The notes: generated by a model from the sequence alone, not told the origin. Positions 40,933 through 51,832 are shown, numbered from the stretch's first letter. The stretch: 64,000 nt of DNA from Candidatus Thorarchaeota archaeon (GCA_011364985.1 RDOC01000002.1:189424-253423), one strand, 5' to 3'. Numbers and translations: made by a program.

Positions 40933-43776
40933 CTAATTCCCCCAAAATGGTCGTGTGCGTGCATATTCCTTTTCTGCTTCAGCAATCGCCTTTAGAAGCG
41001 AGCGTCTATCCGTCAATCCGGGATGAAGAATTCTTGAAGCAGCTGTTGGACCCAAACCTCTACCAGCGAGAACGAACAATGTTCTCTTCCCATAGGTTGA
41101 AACAAGGGTTGCTGTCAGTCCTCCAGCTCTATACTTCTTTTCTTCAGCCTTGGATAATGGTTTTCCGGCCACTTTCTTTCCAACCACTTTTACGAACTCA
41201 TCATCTGTCGGGAATAAGGCAGCAATCATCTTCGAGTTGCAGACTGGACATCGCACATCATCTTCCATGGTGGATAGTGTTCGAACAGAATTCCAATCTC
41301 CGTTTGCCATGCAAACCAGTCTAAATTTCTTAGAGAGTAATCGTTCTTCAATCATTGCCAGAATCTCATCTTCATCAGTAATCTCTCCAATCACCTCAAA
41401 TCTGGTCTTCTCTTCGACAATCAGGCGCGCTAAGGCTGAGGGTACCTTTGTGTGTACAACATGAATCTCAATCTCGTTTCTTGATGCTCTATCAAAGGTT
41501 CTCATTACAAGATTACCATCGAGCTTCTCGCTGAGAACCTCTCTCATTGCTTCGTCGAAGACCGGAGAGTTCTCATAGGATCGTATCAGACGATCAACGG
41601 GTATTTCTCGAATCTTTGCGTCTCGTCGAATGATTCCCATGCGACGACCAACATGAACGAATCTAGATGCGAACGTCTGTGTTCTCTTTACCGTCATCTC
41701 AAGAATTTCCGCAACTTGCTTTCCGTTATAGTCATGCAAGATATCGACAACGTATTCAGGCAACAGTCTGCCATTTGATGTGAGCAGTATCCTGTAGGGG
41801 TCACTCTCCACAGCAACATCATACCCTATCCTGGTTCTCAATAAGGCTGCAATAATCACCCCCAGGGCTTCGTTTGCCTTTGTTCCAAGAGGCGCATGTA
41901 GGACCAATCCAGAACCAAAGTTCTCTATGACAAAACGCCTATCCAGAGGAAGCAATTCTAGTTCATCCCTTGCCAACGCGACGGTCTTAATTAGATGCTC
42001 TTGACCTGCCCCAGCAATTCTATATTCCTCTTCTAACCATCTTCTAGCCTCAGATTCCTCCTGAGAAGCAACAAGGCTCCAGAGTCTTGCAGTTTCAGCA
42101 GCCACATTGTAGGGAACCGGAATCATTTCGCCGATCCATCTGGGTGCTTGTATATCGATATCTGTCACAGGTGCACATACGACTTCATTCTCCTCAATAC
42201 TAACAACCTGCCACGGCCGACCCCTGATGACGAATATGGTCCCAGTTTCCAAACTCCCAGTAACATAATCTTCGTCTAAAACACCGATGCTTGACTGAGT
42301 ACTTACGTCAAGAGCATTCACTTGCTTCACATCGGGGATAGTACTGAGATGTTCATAATAGAACATACGTGTTCTTCTTCCTCGTGTGATTCTTCCCCCT
42401 TCTGCTTCCGCAATCTTTCGTTCAACCATGAATTCCAGCAGCCTGTCAAGATCCAATTTCTTCAGATCTGAGAAAGGATAGGCTCTTCTCAGTAGACCAA
42501 GGAGCTCTGTGCGTTGCATTTCCGGAACGTGAAGTAGAATTCCACAGATTTGGTGAGCCAATACATCCCATGGGTTTCGTGCGATTACTGTTTTCTCTAC
42601 TTTATTTGCTAGAGCACGACGGAGAATAACCCCCGACTCCGCGATATCATCTAGATTCGCGGTAGCAAGCACAATTCCCTTTGCTAGTCTGCCAACTCCA
42701 TGTCCTGCACGGCCTATTCTTTGAAGAGCCCGAGAAACCTCACGAGGACTGCTATACTGAATAACTAGGTCTGCTTGTCCAATATCTATACCCAGCTCAA
42801 GACTTGATGTCGCGATTATTGCCTTTGATACCCCATTCTTTAACCTATTTTCGGCCGAAAGTCGGATTTCTTTTGCAAGTGACCCATGATGAACATCAAA
42901 CTGGTATGTCGGATTCATCAATGCCATCTTGGCACCCAGAACCTCGGTGAAAGATCTCGTATTGGTAAACACAATGGTCGAGTTGTATGCTGTTATTAGT
43001 TCCATTATGCGAAGTAATCGTGCCGTGGAATGCGGCGGATATGAGATCTTTCGCGCAAGTTGTTTGTGTTTCTTGTCTGGAGTGGGCATTTCCACTGTAA
43101 GATTCATCTTTCTTGACTGATATCCCGCCCAAATCGTGTTAACGTCGCTTTCAGCGCCTCCAAGAAGCCTAGCCACCTCCTTGGGATTTCCAACGGTTGC
43201 TGATAGGCCAATTCTTTGAACATGTGTTCCAGTTAAGTACTCAAGTCTTTCAAGACCGACGCTCAGTTGCACCCCTCTCTTGCTATCTGCAAGCTCGTGT
43301 ATCTCATCTACAACTACTGCAAAAACGGTTTTCAAATGATAACTCAGACGCTTGGCCGGGAGTATTGCCTGAAGGGTTTCAGGAGTGATGATGAGTAAGT
43401 TGGGGGGTCTTATCGCTTGTTTTCGTCTTGCATATTGTGTAGTATCCCCATGACGGACATCAACTGTAAGATCCAAATACTGACAGAGATTCTTAATTCG
43501 TTTGAAGACATCTCGGTTCAAGGCGCGAAGTGGCGTTATATATAGTATATAGAAACCAAACAGTTCTCTCCTCTGCTTTATATCATACAATTTCTGGAGT
43601 AACGGAAGTAGTGCTGCCTCCGTCTTGCCACTTCCAGTCGGTGCAAGGAGCAGCACATTACCTTTGCTGCCAAGAATGGTTGGAATTGCCTTGTCCTGAA
43701 TTTCAGTTGGCTTTGTAATACTCTGCTGCCTAAGGAACTGATTAATCAATTTCCCTAATCCTGAGAAGGCATTCAT
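40933..43776 (-). CDS. lhr: Lhr-family ATP-dependent helicase
   Basis: APTGSGKTEAA, PLRALNRD, DEIHE, HHGSL, SSLELGIDIG, QRIGRAGH. Confidence 0.95.
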   Translation of the reverse strand: MNAFSGLGKLINQFLRQQSITKPTEIQDKAIPTILGSKGNVLLLAPTGSGKTEAALLPLLQKLYDIKQRRELFGFYILYITPLRALNRDVFKRIKNLCQYLDLTVDVRHGDTTQYARRKQAIRPPNLLIITPETLQAILPAKRLSYHLKTVFAVVVDEIHELADSKRGVQLSVGLERLEYLTGTHVQRIGLSATVGNPKEVARLLGGAESDVNTIWAGYQSRKMNLTVEMPTPDKKHKQLARKISYPPHSTARLLRIMELITAYNSTIVFTNTRSFTEVLGAKMALMNPTYQFDVHHGSLAKEIRLSAENRLKNGVSKAIIATSSLELGIDIGQADLVIQYSSPREVSRALQRIGRAGHGVGRLAKGIVLATANLDDIAESGVILRRALANKVEKTVIARNPWDVLAHQICGILLHVPEMQRTELLGLLRRAYPFSDLKKLDLDRLLEFMVERKIAEAEGGRITRGRRTRMFYYEHLSTIPDVKQVNALDVSTQSSIGVLDEDYVTGSLETGTIFVIRGRPWQVVSIEENEVVCAPVTDIDIQAPRWIGEMIPVPYNVAAETARLWSLVASQEESEARRWLEEEYRIAGAGQEHLIKTVALARDELELLPLDRRFVIENFGSGLVLHAPLGTKANEALGVIIAALLRTRIGYDVAVESDPYRILLTSNGRLLPEYVVDILHDYNGKQVAEILEMTVKRTQTFASRFVHVGRRMGIIRRDAKIREIPVDRLIRSYENSPVFDEAMREVLSEKLDGNLVMRTFDRASRNEIEIHVVHTKVPSALARLIVEEKTRFEVIGEITDEDEILAMIEERLLSKKFRLVCMANGDWNSVRTLSTMEDDVRCPVCNSKMIAALFPTDDEFVKVVGKKVAGKPLSKAEEKKYRAGGLTATLVSTYGKRTLFVLAGRGLGPTAASRILHPGLTDRRSLLKAIAEAEKEYARTRPFWGN

Positions 43777-44003
43777 CCAGAGGACTTCCTAATTTGATGG
43801 CGAATCTCATTTAGAAGAATTCTCAAATCGGTCTTGAGTGTGACATCAACATCTTGCATCATTTCTTCTAGCTTTCGAATCATATCGTCTATACTTCCAT
43901 TCTCTCCTGAAATCCTCTCTATAATCCTTCGAATCTGTTCCAAGTTCGCGAAGTGACCTGCAACACATTTGAATGATGAACGAAGTATATCTTCAGTCTT
44001 CAT
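43773..44003 (-). CDS. Hypothetical helical protein
   Basis: 76-aa ORF whose stop overlaps the lhr start (ATGA). Confidence 0.75.
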   Translation of the reverse strand: MKTEDILRSSFKCVAGHFANLEQIRRIIERISGENGSIDDMIRKLEEMMQDVDVTLKTDLRILLNEIRHQIRKSSG

Positions 44004-44024
44004 TGGGAGTAGTCTTCCGTTTAG

Positions 44025-44138
44025 CTACTCTTCTTCTTCTTCGCCCCAAACAGAATATGCTAAAATCATCATTAGGGCGACGATTCCCAATGCGACCAGA
44101 ATGATATAAAGAACAGATTGAATATAAGTGGCTTGCAT
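44025..44138 (-). CDS. 37-aa single-pass membrane microprotein (MQATYIQSVLYIILVALGIVALMMILAYSVWGEEEEE)
   Basis: Hand translation; fills the gap between co-oriented genes; one TM helix and an acidic tail. Confidence 0.65.
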   Translation of the reverse strand: MQATYIQSVLYIILVALGIVALMMILAYSVWGEEEEE

Positions 44139-44216
44139 AGGAATCTAGAGTTTTCGGATTAATTCTGCTTATAATCGTTGCTGATAGATGATTGTCGTAC
44201 TGTGTGATTTATGTGA

Positions 44217-44468
44217 CTACACCTCAGCTTTTTGAGTCCGATAGTATTCATCTATGAAATCACCGTAAATATCCACTGGTTCTGTCAACGGTGTGATATC
44301 CTCTAGAACTACAGAAATACCACAATTACCGCATTTTACTGAAGCAAAGCTCTTGTCCCTGTGAATTACTATCTGTATAGCTGCGATTCCGCATGCAGGA
44401 CAATCGTATACATCGGGAATTCGTTTCTGTGGTCTTCGCCGTACTTTCTGCCGTCTTCGTCTTCCCAT
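44217..44468 (-). CDS. elf1: Transcription elongation factor Elf1
   Basis: MGRRRR...CPAC...CGNC...EPVDIYGDFID. Confidence 0.92.
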   Translation of the reverse strand: MGRRRRQKVRRRPQKRIPDVYDCPACGIAAIQIVIHRDKSFASVKCGNCGISVVLEDITPLTEPVDIYGDFIDEYYRTQKAEV

Positions 44469-44631
44469 TGTTACTCACCTATGCCTATTTCACACAATAA
44501 GAGATGAGCCCTGAAGAAATAGAGCGTGCTGTTCCTCGAAAGGGTCAATTTAAGCCTTGTGTTGAAATACACCTACTGCTCAAGCAAAGCCTTCTTATTG
44601 TGTTCTGCACCGCGACCATCCAAGATCCAAG

Positions 44632-44871
44632 ATGTCCGACCTTTCGAGAAATGCCGAATGTGTGCTCAGAATACTGAAAGATGCATCAGGTGACCTTACA
44701 ACAGCTGAAATCCTTGAGAGTGCCCACCGTGAAGAACACTCTGAGATCTGTCAAGACTGTGCGGGCGGAGATGCCTTCATTGTTGCAGCAAGACAACTTG
44801 TTGAGCGAGGTCTGATTACAAGGAAACTGGCAAAGGGTGGATATCGCTGGAGAATCGCTGGGGATGAATAG
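44632..44871 (+). CDS. Small winged-helix-like protein with CxxC
   Basis: VLRIL...LTTAEI...CQDC...LVERGLI.R...GYRW. Confidence 0.7.
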   Translation: MSDLSRNAECVLRILKDASGDLTTAEILESAHREEHSEICQDCAGGDAFIVAARQLVERGLITRKLAKGGYRWRIAGDE

Positions 44872-46108
44872 ATACATGTTGAACGTCAGAGAAGACTTTC
44901 CAGTGCTTAAGCGTATAATCAATGGACGCCCACTTGTCTATCTTGATAGTGCATGTATGTCCCTAAAGCCAAAACAAGTTGTTGAGGCAATGAATGAGTA
45001 CTATGAGGTCTTTCCAGCCTGTGGCGGCCGCAGCATCCACAGACTCGGCGATGAAGCGTCAAACGCCTATGCCAAGGCTCGGAGAAGATTCAGTAGTTTC
45101 ATCAATGCTGCAGAACCTGAAGAATGTATCTGGACACGAAATGCCACAGAATCGATGAACATGGTCGCAGCCTGCGTCGGAATTCCCAAGGATAGCAAAA
45201 TTGTAACAACTAGCCTAGAGCATCATAGCGGCTCTCTACCCTTTATCGAGAGAGCAAAAGCTGACGGACTTGAGATTAAGATCGTTGAGGCGCAGTCCGA
45301 TGGCACATTTGATATCGAACAATGGAAGAATGCAATCGACAAGAAGACCAGCATAGTCGCGGTTGTCCACTCCTCCAATGTCACAGGCACCGTTGCTCCG
45401 TTGAAGGAAATTGTAGAAATCGCACACGACAACGGAGCACTCGTTATGTCTGATGATGCACAATACGCTCCACATCATCCTCTTGATGTACAGAAGTACG
45501 ATGTTGATTTCTCTGCAATATCAGTTCACAAGATGTGTGGCCCCTCAGGAATGGGAGTTCTTTATGGAAAAATGGAGCATTTGAACGCCATGGGTATGTT
45601 CCTTGTCGGTGGCGACACAGTTGCTGATGTTAGATATGAGAATGGCAGAATAATCCCGGAGTACTTGCCGCCTCCTGAAAAATTCGAGGCTGGTCTCCAA
45701 AACTACGCAGGGGCCATTGGTGCAGGAGCAGCCGCTGAATACCTTCAAAAGATTGGTATGAAGCACATCGAAGCCCATGAACGTTCATTACTTGAAGTGG
45801 CAATGAAAGGGCTACAGGAATTAGAACACATCAGGATTCTTGGTACAGATGATATCTCCATAAAAACTGGCTTAGTCACATTCAGTGTAGATACAATTGA
45901 CGTGGCTCATGATGTAGCAGCCTTTCTGAGTGACGAGTATGGTGTCATGATTCGAAGCGGTGCTCATTGTGCACATCCCTATCATTATCAAATGGGAATC
46001 CCACCTTCCAAAGGAACAAACAGGGCGAGCATATATCTATATAACAACAGACAGGATGTCCATGCTTTCCTTGAAGGCATGGATGCCCTAATTGATGCTA
46101 CGTCTTGA
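44864..46108 (+). CDS. sufS: Cysteine desulfurase, SufS-like (class V aminotransferase)
   Basis: VYLDSA, EHHS, SNVTG, HKMCGP, FEAG, RSGAHCA. Confidence 0.9.
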   Translation: MNRYMLNVREDFPVLKRIINGRPLVYLDSACMSLKPKQVVEAMNEYYEVFPACGGRSIHRLGDEASNAYAKARRRFSSFINAAEPEECIWTRNATESMNMVAACVGIPKDSKIVTTSLEHHSGSLPFIERAKADGLEIKIVEAQSDGTFDIEQWKNAIDKKTSIVAVVHSSNVTGTVAPLKEIVEIAHDNGALVMSDDAQYAPHHPLDVQKYDVDFSAISVHKMCGPSGMGVLYGKMEHLNAMGMFLVGGDTVADVRYENGRIIPEYLPPPEKFEAGLQNYAGAIGAGAAAEYLQKIGMKHIEAHERSLLEVAMKGLQELEHIRILGTDDISIKTGLVTFSVDTIDVAHDVAAFLSDEYGVMIRSGAHCAHPYHYQMGIPPSKGTNRASIYLYNNRQDVHAFLEGMDALIDATS

Positions 46109-46112
46109 TATC

Positions 46113-47888
46113 TCAACCCATTAATTCGGTAAGCGTATCCTTCATTCGCTTGGTTTCCTCTACTGGGTCTGCAAATTCTAGATTGTTAGCTGTGATATCC
46201 AAAGAATCTCGAAACTTGGATACCCTTCCCTGAATTGCTACATATCTTCCTAGTACATTATCTGAGTTTTTCTCCAAGGGCGCCAATCTATCCCCCGACT
46301 TCTCGATTAGTTTCTGTGCTTCCTCAGCTGTCATCTGAAGCATGTCTTCTCCCGCTTTGCCAAAGAGGGTAGCCCTTATTGCACCAGATCCATCATCAAG
46401 CGTCACTTTATAGAGCATCCTATATTCTGGTTTCTTGACAGGGCCGCAGACAGAACAGATGAATTTTCCGTTCGTTTCCTCGACCTTCTTCCTGCAACTT
46501 GGGCATGCTGGATAAACCGGACTTGTCTGTGATATGCCTACGATTACTCCACAGACTTCAACACTTTTTCCGGTTGTGTTCTCGTCAATCTCTGCTATCA
46601 TCACTCGTCCTGCTTGGACTCTTGGTGCCACTGAGATTTCGGAAAGGTCAAGCTGTTCCAGCTTCGTTCCTTTCGGATTAATTGAAATCTCGGCAATTCT
46701 CCCTACATGAAACTCGACTGCATCTCTGAATCCCCTCTTCACATATCCATGCAACACCTCAATAATATCGCCTTCCCTCAGGTCCTTGATTTCTTCAACA
46801 TCTTCATTCCAAAAGGTCATACGTGTGCTACCTGACTCATCTGCCACAACGATGTTCTGCACCTTCCCTTCTCTTCCATCGCGTTCAAAAGTTGTAACTG
46901 GAAATATCTTCGCGATTTTTCCGGCAATATCAACATCGCGCATTTCCGGTGTCAGTTCCGATATGTTTCTTCTCCCCAGAGGTTCTACAGCGGGGCCTTC
47001 TTGAGATTCTGGTTCGACTGCATCAATCTTGATCTTCAACCCTCTTTCAATTGTGGACGATCTGCCGGCATGCACTTCGATATCTCCGTAACGTCCTGCT
47101 TTGGTGTATGCTCCTGTCACTCTGATCACTTCCCCTTCCCTTGCGTCTTGCATCTTCTCAGCATCATCATCCCAGAAGACCAGCTTCGTTGTTCCTGTTT
47201 CATCACCAATGATAGTACTCAGGACCTTCCCTTCAGATTCATCTTTCTGACGTGTAAATATCGAAAGGCCAAAAACTCTCTGTATCTTTCCAACAAGTGT
47301 AATATCATAGACATTCTCCCTTAGGCTGGCAATCTCGACCACCCCGGCTTCCTTGAAGTCGATATCCATGTCTTCCAGTTCATACTCGTCTAGTAGCTTA
47401 ATACCCCCTTGTCTGCCAAGGTTGATCTCTAGAGCACCTCCTAGTCCTGGACGAACATAGCCCCCGCGTATCTGTATAACATCGCCCACTTTTACCTCTT
47501 TTTCAGAAACAACACGAGTGATATCGTCCCAGAGTGCGATTCTTATCTGTCCCGTTTCATCAGCAACAACAATACTGGCAACCTTGCCTTCGCCACCCTC
47601 TCCCTTCCTTGTGAAGGTGCGAACAGGACCGATACTTACAATTTTCGCCGTCAAAGGAACCGATCTCGTATTCTCATTTATATCTTCAATTCTTAGTCTG
47701 GCCTTGTTAGACACTTGTTGCATGTCAATTCCAAGATCTCTTGCAACAATCATTGCGGCAGACTCCTCATTCACAATCTCAGGGCCTAGTTCATTGCGTT
47801 TCTGATCTATCATCTTCAGAATATCCTGCCGCTGGTACTCTGGCAAATTCTTCAAGATCAATTCTATCGTTTCCTCAAGCGTAAGCAT
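46113..47888 (-). CDS. rpa: Replication protein A (multiple OB folds, C-terminal Zn finger)
   Basis: Repeated F.R...GKV...DETG...LW OB folds; YPACPSC...CSVC; DDGSG.IR..LFG. Confidence 0.92.
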   Translation of the reverse strand: MLTLEETIELILKNLPEYQRQDILKMIDQKRNELGPEIVNEESAAMIVARDLGIDMQQVSNKARLRIEDINENTRSVPLTAKIVSIGPVRTFTRKGEGGEGKVASIVVADETGQIRIALWDDITRVVSEKEVKVGDVIQIRGGYVRPGLGGALEINLGRQGGIKLLDEYELEDMDIDFKEAGVVEIASLRENVYDITLVGKIQRVFGLSIFTRQKDESEGKVLSTIIGDETGTTKLVFWDDDAEKMQDAREGEVIRVTGAYTKAGRYGDIEVHAGRSSTIERGLKIKIDAVEPESQEGPAVEPLGRRNISELTPEMRDVDIAGKIAKIFPVTTFERDGREGKVQNIVVADESGSTRMTFWNEDVEEIKDLREGDIIEVLHGYVKRGFRDAVEFHVGRIAEISINPKGTKLEQLDLSEISVAPRVQAGRVMIAEIDENTTGKSVEVCGVIVGISQTSPVYPACPSCRKKVEETNGKFICSVCGPVKKPEYRMLYKVTLDDGSGAIRATLFGKAGEDMLQMTAEEAQKLIEKSGDRLAPLEKNSDNVLGRYVAIQGRVSKFRDSLDITANNLEFADPVEETKRMKDTLTELMG

Positions 47889-48102
47889 GCTTTACCGCCT
47901 CATCAATAATAGATGGTTCATAACCACTCTAAAGTCCTTTGTCTTTGCTTTAAAGCTCACTACTCGAAAATCCCGAGCTATGTCACATACCTAAGATGGT
48001 ATATTGGCGCCCATTGTTAAAATTCCCGAATAAATTGCCCATACTTCAGAGTACTAGCCGAAACATAAAATACTCAAGCCGTCAAGACCCTACCGATACA
48101 TT

Positions 48103-51100
48103 GTGATAGAGTCTGAACATAGTCTCCCAGAACACAGCATAGGCTATTCTCTGTACTTTAAGAGTTTGAATAGAGAAATTGAGAGAATCTATGAAGTAGC
48201 TGAGTCTGCACGGCTAAAAGGATTTGACCCTACGACTAAAGTTGAAATTCCTCCTGCACATGATGTAGCAGCCCGTGTAGAAGTCACCCTAGGGGGTCCT
48301 GTGGGCGTTGCAAAACGAATTAGGGAGCTGTCTCATGGCGGAAAATCACGAGAAGATGTAGCCTTTCAAGTGGCAAAGGAAATCGCCCTTGGTGAGTTCG
48401 GAAATCGGAAAGAGGAAGTTGGTTCAGCTCTAACAATTCTCAAGTCAGCTGAATCGATTTCGGTTCCTGATAAAGACATCACGAATGCCATTAGAATAGC
48501 AGAATCCGTCGCTGACAAGGCCGTTCGTGTCGCACTGGCAATACTTACTGAAAGCATCACAGCGGCTCCTATTGAAGGGATTGCAAGTGTAAAGATTAGA
48601 GGATCAGGGAATAGTCGATACTTGGCAATATACTTGGCTGGCCCAATCCGTGCGGCTGGTGGTACTGAGACTGCAATGACAGTACTTGTAGCAGACTACG
48701 TACGCCAGGTTCTTGGCTTACCCGCCTTTGTTTCTACAGAGGAGGAGATTGAAAGATCTTTAGAAGAGGTTGAGCTCTATGGCCGATTTGCCAATCTGCA
48801 ATATCCTATCTATCCTGACATGGTTCGAACCGCAGCTGCAAAGCTACCAATAATGCTTACAGGTGATCCCACAGAGCAGTTCGAAGTATCAGGAAGTCGT
48901 GATTTACCAAGAATTGAAGACAACCGTGTTCGTGGGGGTATGGTTCTGGTACTGAATGATGGAGTTGTAGGCAGAGCTGCGAAGCTGCTTAAAATCGTCA
49001 AGAGGATGAATATTTCTGATTGGGAATGGTTGGAGGACTTGGCTGCACGAACATCGAAGGCAGCATCCTCAGAGGATGAGGAGTCCGTCGACAAGAAACT
49101 TGGACCTAAGCAGGATTATCTTACGGACGTTATTGGCGGACGACCTGTCTTTTCTCACCCTTCTAATCCTCGCGGATTTAGGCTCAGGTATGGAAGGTCC
49201 AGAAACACAGGTCTTGCAGGAGTAGGCGTTCATCCTGCTACCATGTTTCTAGCGCGGGAATTTCTGGCCACCGGTACACATATTCGAACAGAGCGTCCCG
49301 GAAAAGGATCTATCGTTGCTCCCGTGGATACCATCGAAGGGCCAATAGTTCTACTAAAGGACAGTTCAGTTAGACAGATTCAAACGGGCGATGAGGCAAG
49401 AAGCCTTCAGAATAACGTATTGAGGATTATTTACTTGGGTGATATTCTTGTTGCGTTGGGCGAGTTCTTGGAGAATAACCATCCACTGGTCCCATCAGGT
49501 TACTGCGAGGAATGGTGGTCACACGACCTTGAAAAGGCTTGGAATGGTCTTAGTTCTGCTCAAATGAAACATCGACTTTCGAAATCAGGTCTCTCTCCTG
49601 CGGACGTTGAGCGGTTCATTGAAATTCCTTTATCCAATGTACCAACACCAGAACAGGCATTACACCTATCCAAAAAATTAGGAATACCGCTTCACCCTCA
49701 CTATCTGTACAGGTGGCTTGCTTGCTCGGTTGCTGAGATTCGTGAGCTGCGAAAGTGGATACTCACTAAGAAGAAGATGAAGCAATCTCCAGATGGAGAC
49801 CGTTTGCATCTTCCTGTCCACAAGAAATTCAAGGGGATTCTCGAAAAACTTGGGATTGCACATGAGATTACCGGCAAACGAGGAAGCATAGTTCTCTCAG
49901 ATTGCCCGGGAACAATTTTGGCCCAACTAGGTTCTGTGTCCTCTTTTCCTAAGAAGGCTGAAGACGCACTTGCTGCACTAAATGAATGTTCAGAAGTCAT
50001 TCTGCGTGACAAATTAGGATTTGCAATCGGTGCACGAATGGGCAGACCTGAGAAAGCCGAAGAGCGGAAGATGCACCCTCCCGTACAAGTACTATTTCCA
50101 GTTGGGCGTAAGATGTCCACAGAAAGAAATATGGAGAAGATTGCCCGGAGTTCAGAACAGAACTCAGACCAAGTTCTTTTGGAGTCTTACTTCCAAGATG
50201 ACGAGAATAAAGAATCTGACGAAGGGAACGAGGGTACCAAGGCCGATGATATAGAAGCGGCGCTCGTTTTCATGGACAAGAAAGATACCACTCTTGAACT
50301 CGTGAATCGAACCTGTCCCGACTGCGGTGAGACCACCTACAAATCAAAATGCCCCGTCTGCGGTGCCCACACCAAAGTCCAAAGATGGTGTTCTCAAGAA
50401 GGCTGTGGCCTTCCTGTGGATGATTCGAGCGAGCAATGCCCCCACAAACATGATCCCAATCTCGTTCAATCCACTAGGAAGATTCAAGTCGATATCCGAT
50501 CGCTTCTTGAAGAGGCAAAGAGCGAAGTTGATGAGCCCCACGCCTATAATGTGAGGGCAGTCCTAGGGTTGACTAACAAACTCAAAATCCCCGAATACTT
50601 AGGGAAAGGAATTCTTCGTGCCAAACATGATGTCTATTGCTACCGCGATGGAACTGCTCGTTTTGATGTGACCGATGCACCACTGACTCACTTCAAACCG
50701 TACGAAGTTGGCGTGTCAATTACGAAACTGCACAAAATGGGTTATCTTGTTGACTATGATGGTGAGCCTCTTGTATCCGAAAATCAAATACTAGAACTAA
50801 AAGTCCAAGACATAATTGTACCTGAGAACGGAGGCGATTACCTCGTTCGAGTTGGACGATTCGTTGATGACTGTCTTGAGAAGATATACGGTTTAGAGAG
50901 ATACTACAACTTCAAGTCGCTTGATGATATTGTGGGACAGCTTGTTGTTGGTCTAGCTCCACACACATCTGCTGGTATTATTGGTAGAATTGTTGGCTTT
51001 ACAAATGCAAGCGTGTGTTATGCGCATCCTTATTGGCATGCCGCAAAACGAAGGAACTGTGATGGGGACGAGGACGCCATAATTCTGGTTCTGGATGCTC

Positions 51101-51819
51101 TGATTAACTTCTCAAAGGAGTATCTTCCAGCCGGCCGCGGCAGATTCATGGATGCGCCTCTTGTGCTCTCAGTAATTCTCAACCCTGAGGAAGTTGATGA
51201 TGAGAGCCACAATATTGAGGTATGCACTCGATATCCCGCAGAGTTTTATGAGATGGTGGCGGAGGCAAAACATCCTAGTGCTGCAGAGGGTCTAGTAGAT
51301 ATAGTTTCATCGCGACTAGGAAGCGCTGCCCAATACGAAGGACTTGGTTTCACTCATGATACATCATTAATTGACTCGGGTCCTAGGAACTCGAAATACA
51401 AACTTCTTGACACTATGGCAGAAAAATTGGAGGCTCAATTAGAACTGGCAAGCCTTCTGGATGCTGTTGATTCACGAGATGTTGCTGAACGTGTCCTATC
51501 TCATCATTTTATCAGAGATATCAGAGGTAATCTAAGAGCCTATTCGACCCAGAAAATTCAGTGTAGGAAATGTCATAGTGTTTACAGAAGAATTCCCTTG
51601 TCAGGTACTTGTACTCGAAAAGACTCAAGAGGAGTCGTTTGTGGAGAGAGTCTAGCTCTCACGGTCAGTGAAAAAAACATCTCAAAGTATCTATCCGTTG
51701 CTGAAAAGATGATATCTGAACATGATTTGAGCGATTACTTGAAACAGCGTCTCAAGCTGATTAATGCTTCTCTGAACTCGATGTTTGTTTCAGAACAAAC
51801 CGCTTTTGATAATCTCTAG
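48103..51819 (+). CDS. polC: DNA polymerase D large subunit DP2
   Basis: GPIRAAGGT, GFRLRYGRSR, RMGRPEKA, AAKRRNCDGDED, GNLRAYSTQ. Confidence 0.98.
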   Translation: MIESEHSLPEHSIGYSLYFKSLNREIERIYEVAESARLKGFDPTTKVEIPPAHDVAARVEVTLGGPVGVAKRIRELSHGGKSREDVAFQVAKEIALGEFGNRKEEVGSALTILKSAESISVPDKDITNAIRIAESVADKAVRVALAILTESITAAPIEGIASVKIRGSGNSRYLAIYLAGPIRAAGGTETAMTVLVADYVRQVLGLPAFVSTEEEIERSLEEVELYGRFANLQYPIYPDMVRTAAAKLPIMLTGDPTEQFEVSGSRDLPRIEDNRVRGGMVLVLNDGVVGRAAKLLKIVKRMNISDWEWLEDLAARTSKAASSEDEESVDKKLGPKQDYLTDVIGGRPVFSHPSNPRGFRLRYGRSRNTGLAGVGVHPATMFLAREFLATGTHIRTERPGKGSIVAPVDTIEGPIVLLKDSSVRQIQTGDEARSLQNNVLRIIYLGDILVALGEFLENNHPLVPSGYCEEWWSHDLEKAWNGLSSAQMKHRLSKSGLSPADVERFIEIPLSNVPTPEQALHLSKKLGIPLHPHYLYRWLACSVAEIRELRKWILTKKKMKQSPDGDRLHLPVHKKFKGILEKLGIAHEITGKRGSIVLSDCPGTILAQLGSVSSFPKKAEDALAALNECSEVILRDKLGFAIGARMGRPEKAEERKMHPPVQVLFPVGRKMSTERNMEKIARSSEQNSDQVLLESYFQDDENKESDEGNEGTKADDIEAALVFMDKKDTTLELVNRTCPDCGETTYKSKCPVCGAHTKVQRWCSQEGCGLPVDDSSEQCPHKHDPNLVQSTRKIQVDIRSLLEEAKSEVDEPHAYNVRAVLGLTNKLKIPEYLGKGILRAKHDVYCYRDGTARFDVTDAPLTHFKPYEVGVSITKLHKMGYLVDYDGEPLVSENQILELKVQDIIVPENGGDYLVRVGRFVDDCLEKIYGLERYYNFKSLDDIVGQLVVGLAPHTSAGIIGRIVGFTNASVCYAHPYWHAAKRRNCDGDEDAIILVLDALINFSKEYLPAGRGRFMDAPLVLSVILNPEEVDDESHNIEVCTRYPAEFYEMVAEAKHPSAAEGLVDIVSSRLGSAAQYEGLGFTHDTSLIDSGPRNSKYKLLDTMAEKLEAQLELASLLDAVDSRDVAERVLSHHFIRDIRGNLRAYSTQKIQCRKCHSVYRRIPLSGTCTRKDSRGVVCGESLALTVSEKNISKYLSVAEKMISEHDLSDYLKQRLKLINASLNSMFVSEQTAFDNL

Positions 51820-51832
51820 CCGCGTTAGACTC

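Noticed and set aside
48103-51819. Inteins in DP2 (also considered for RpoA', aIF5B, Lhr and TopA)
   Set aside because: Lengths are normal and no C...HN/C splice junctions or LAGLIDADG motifs were seen.
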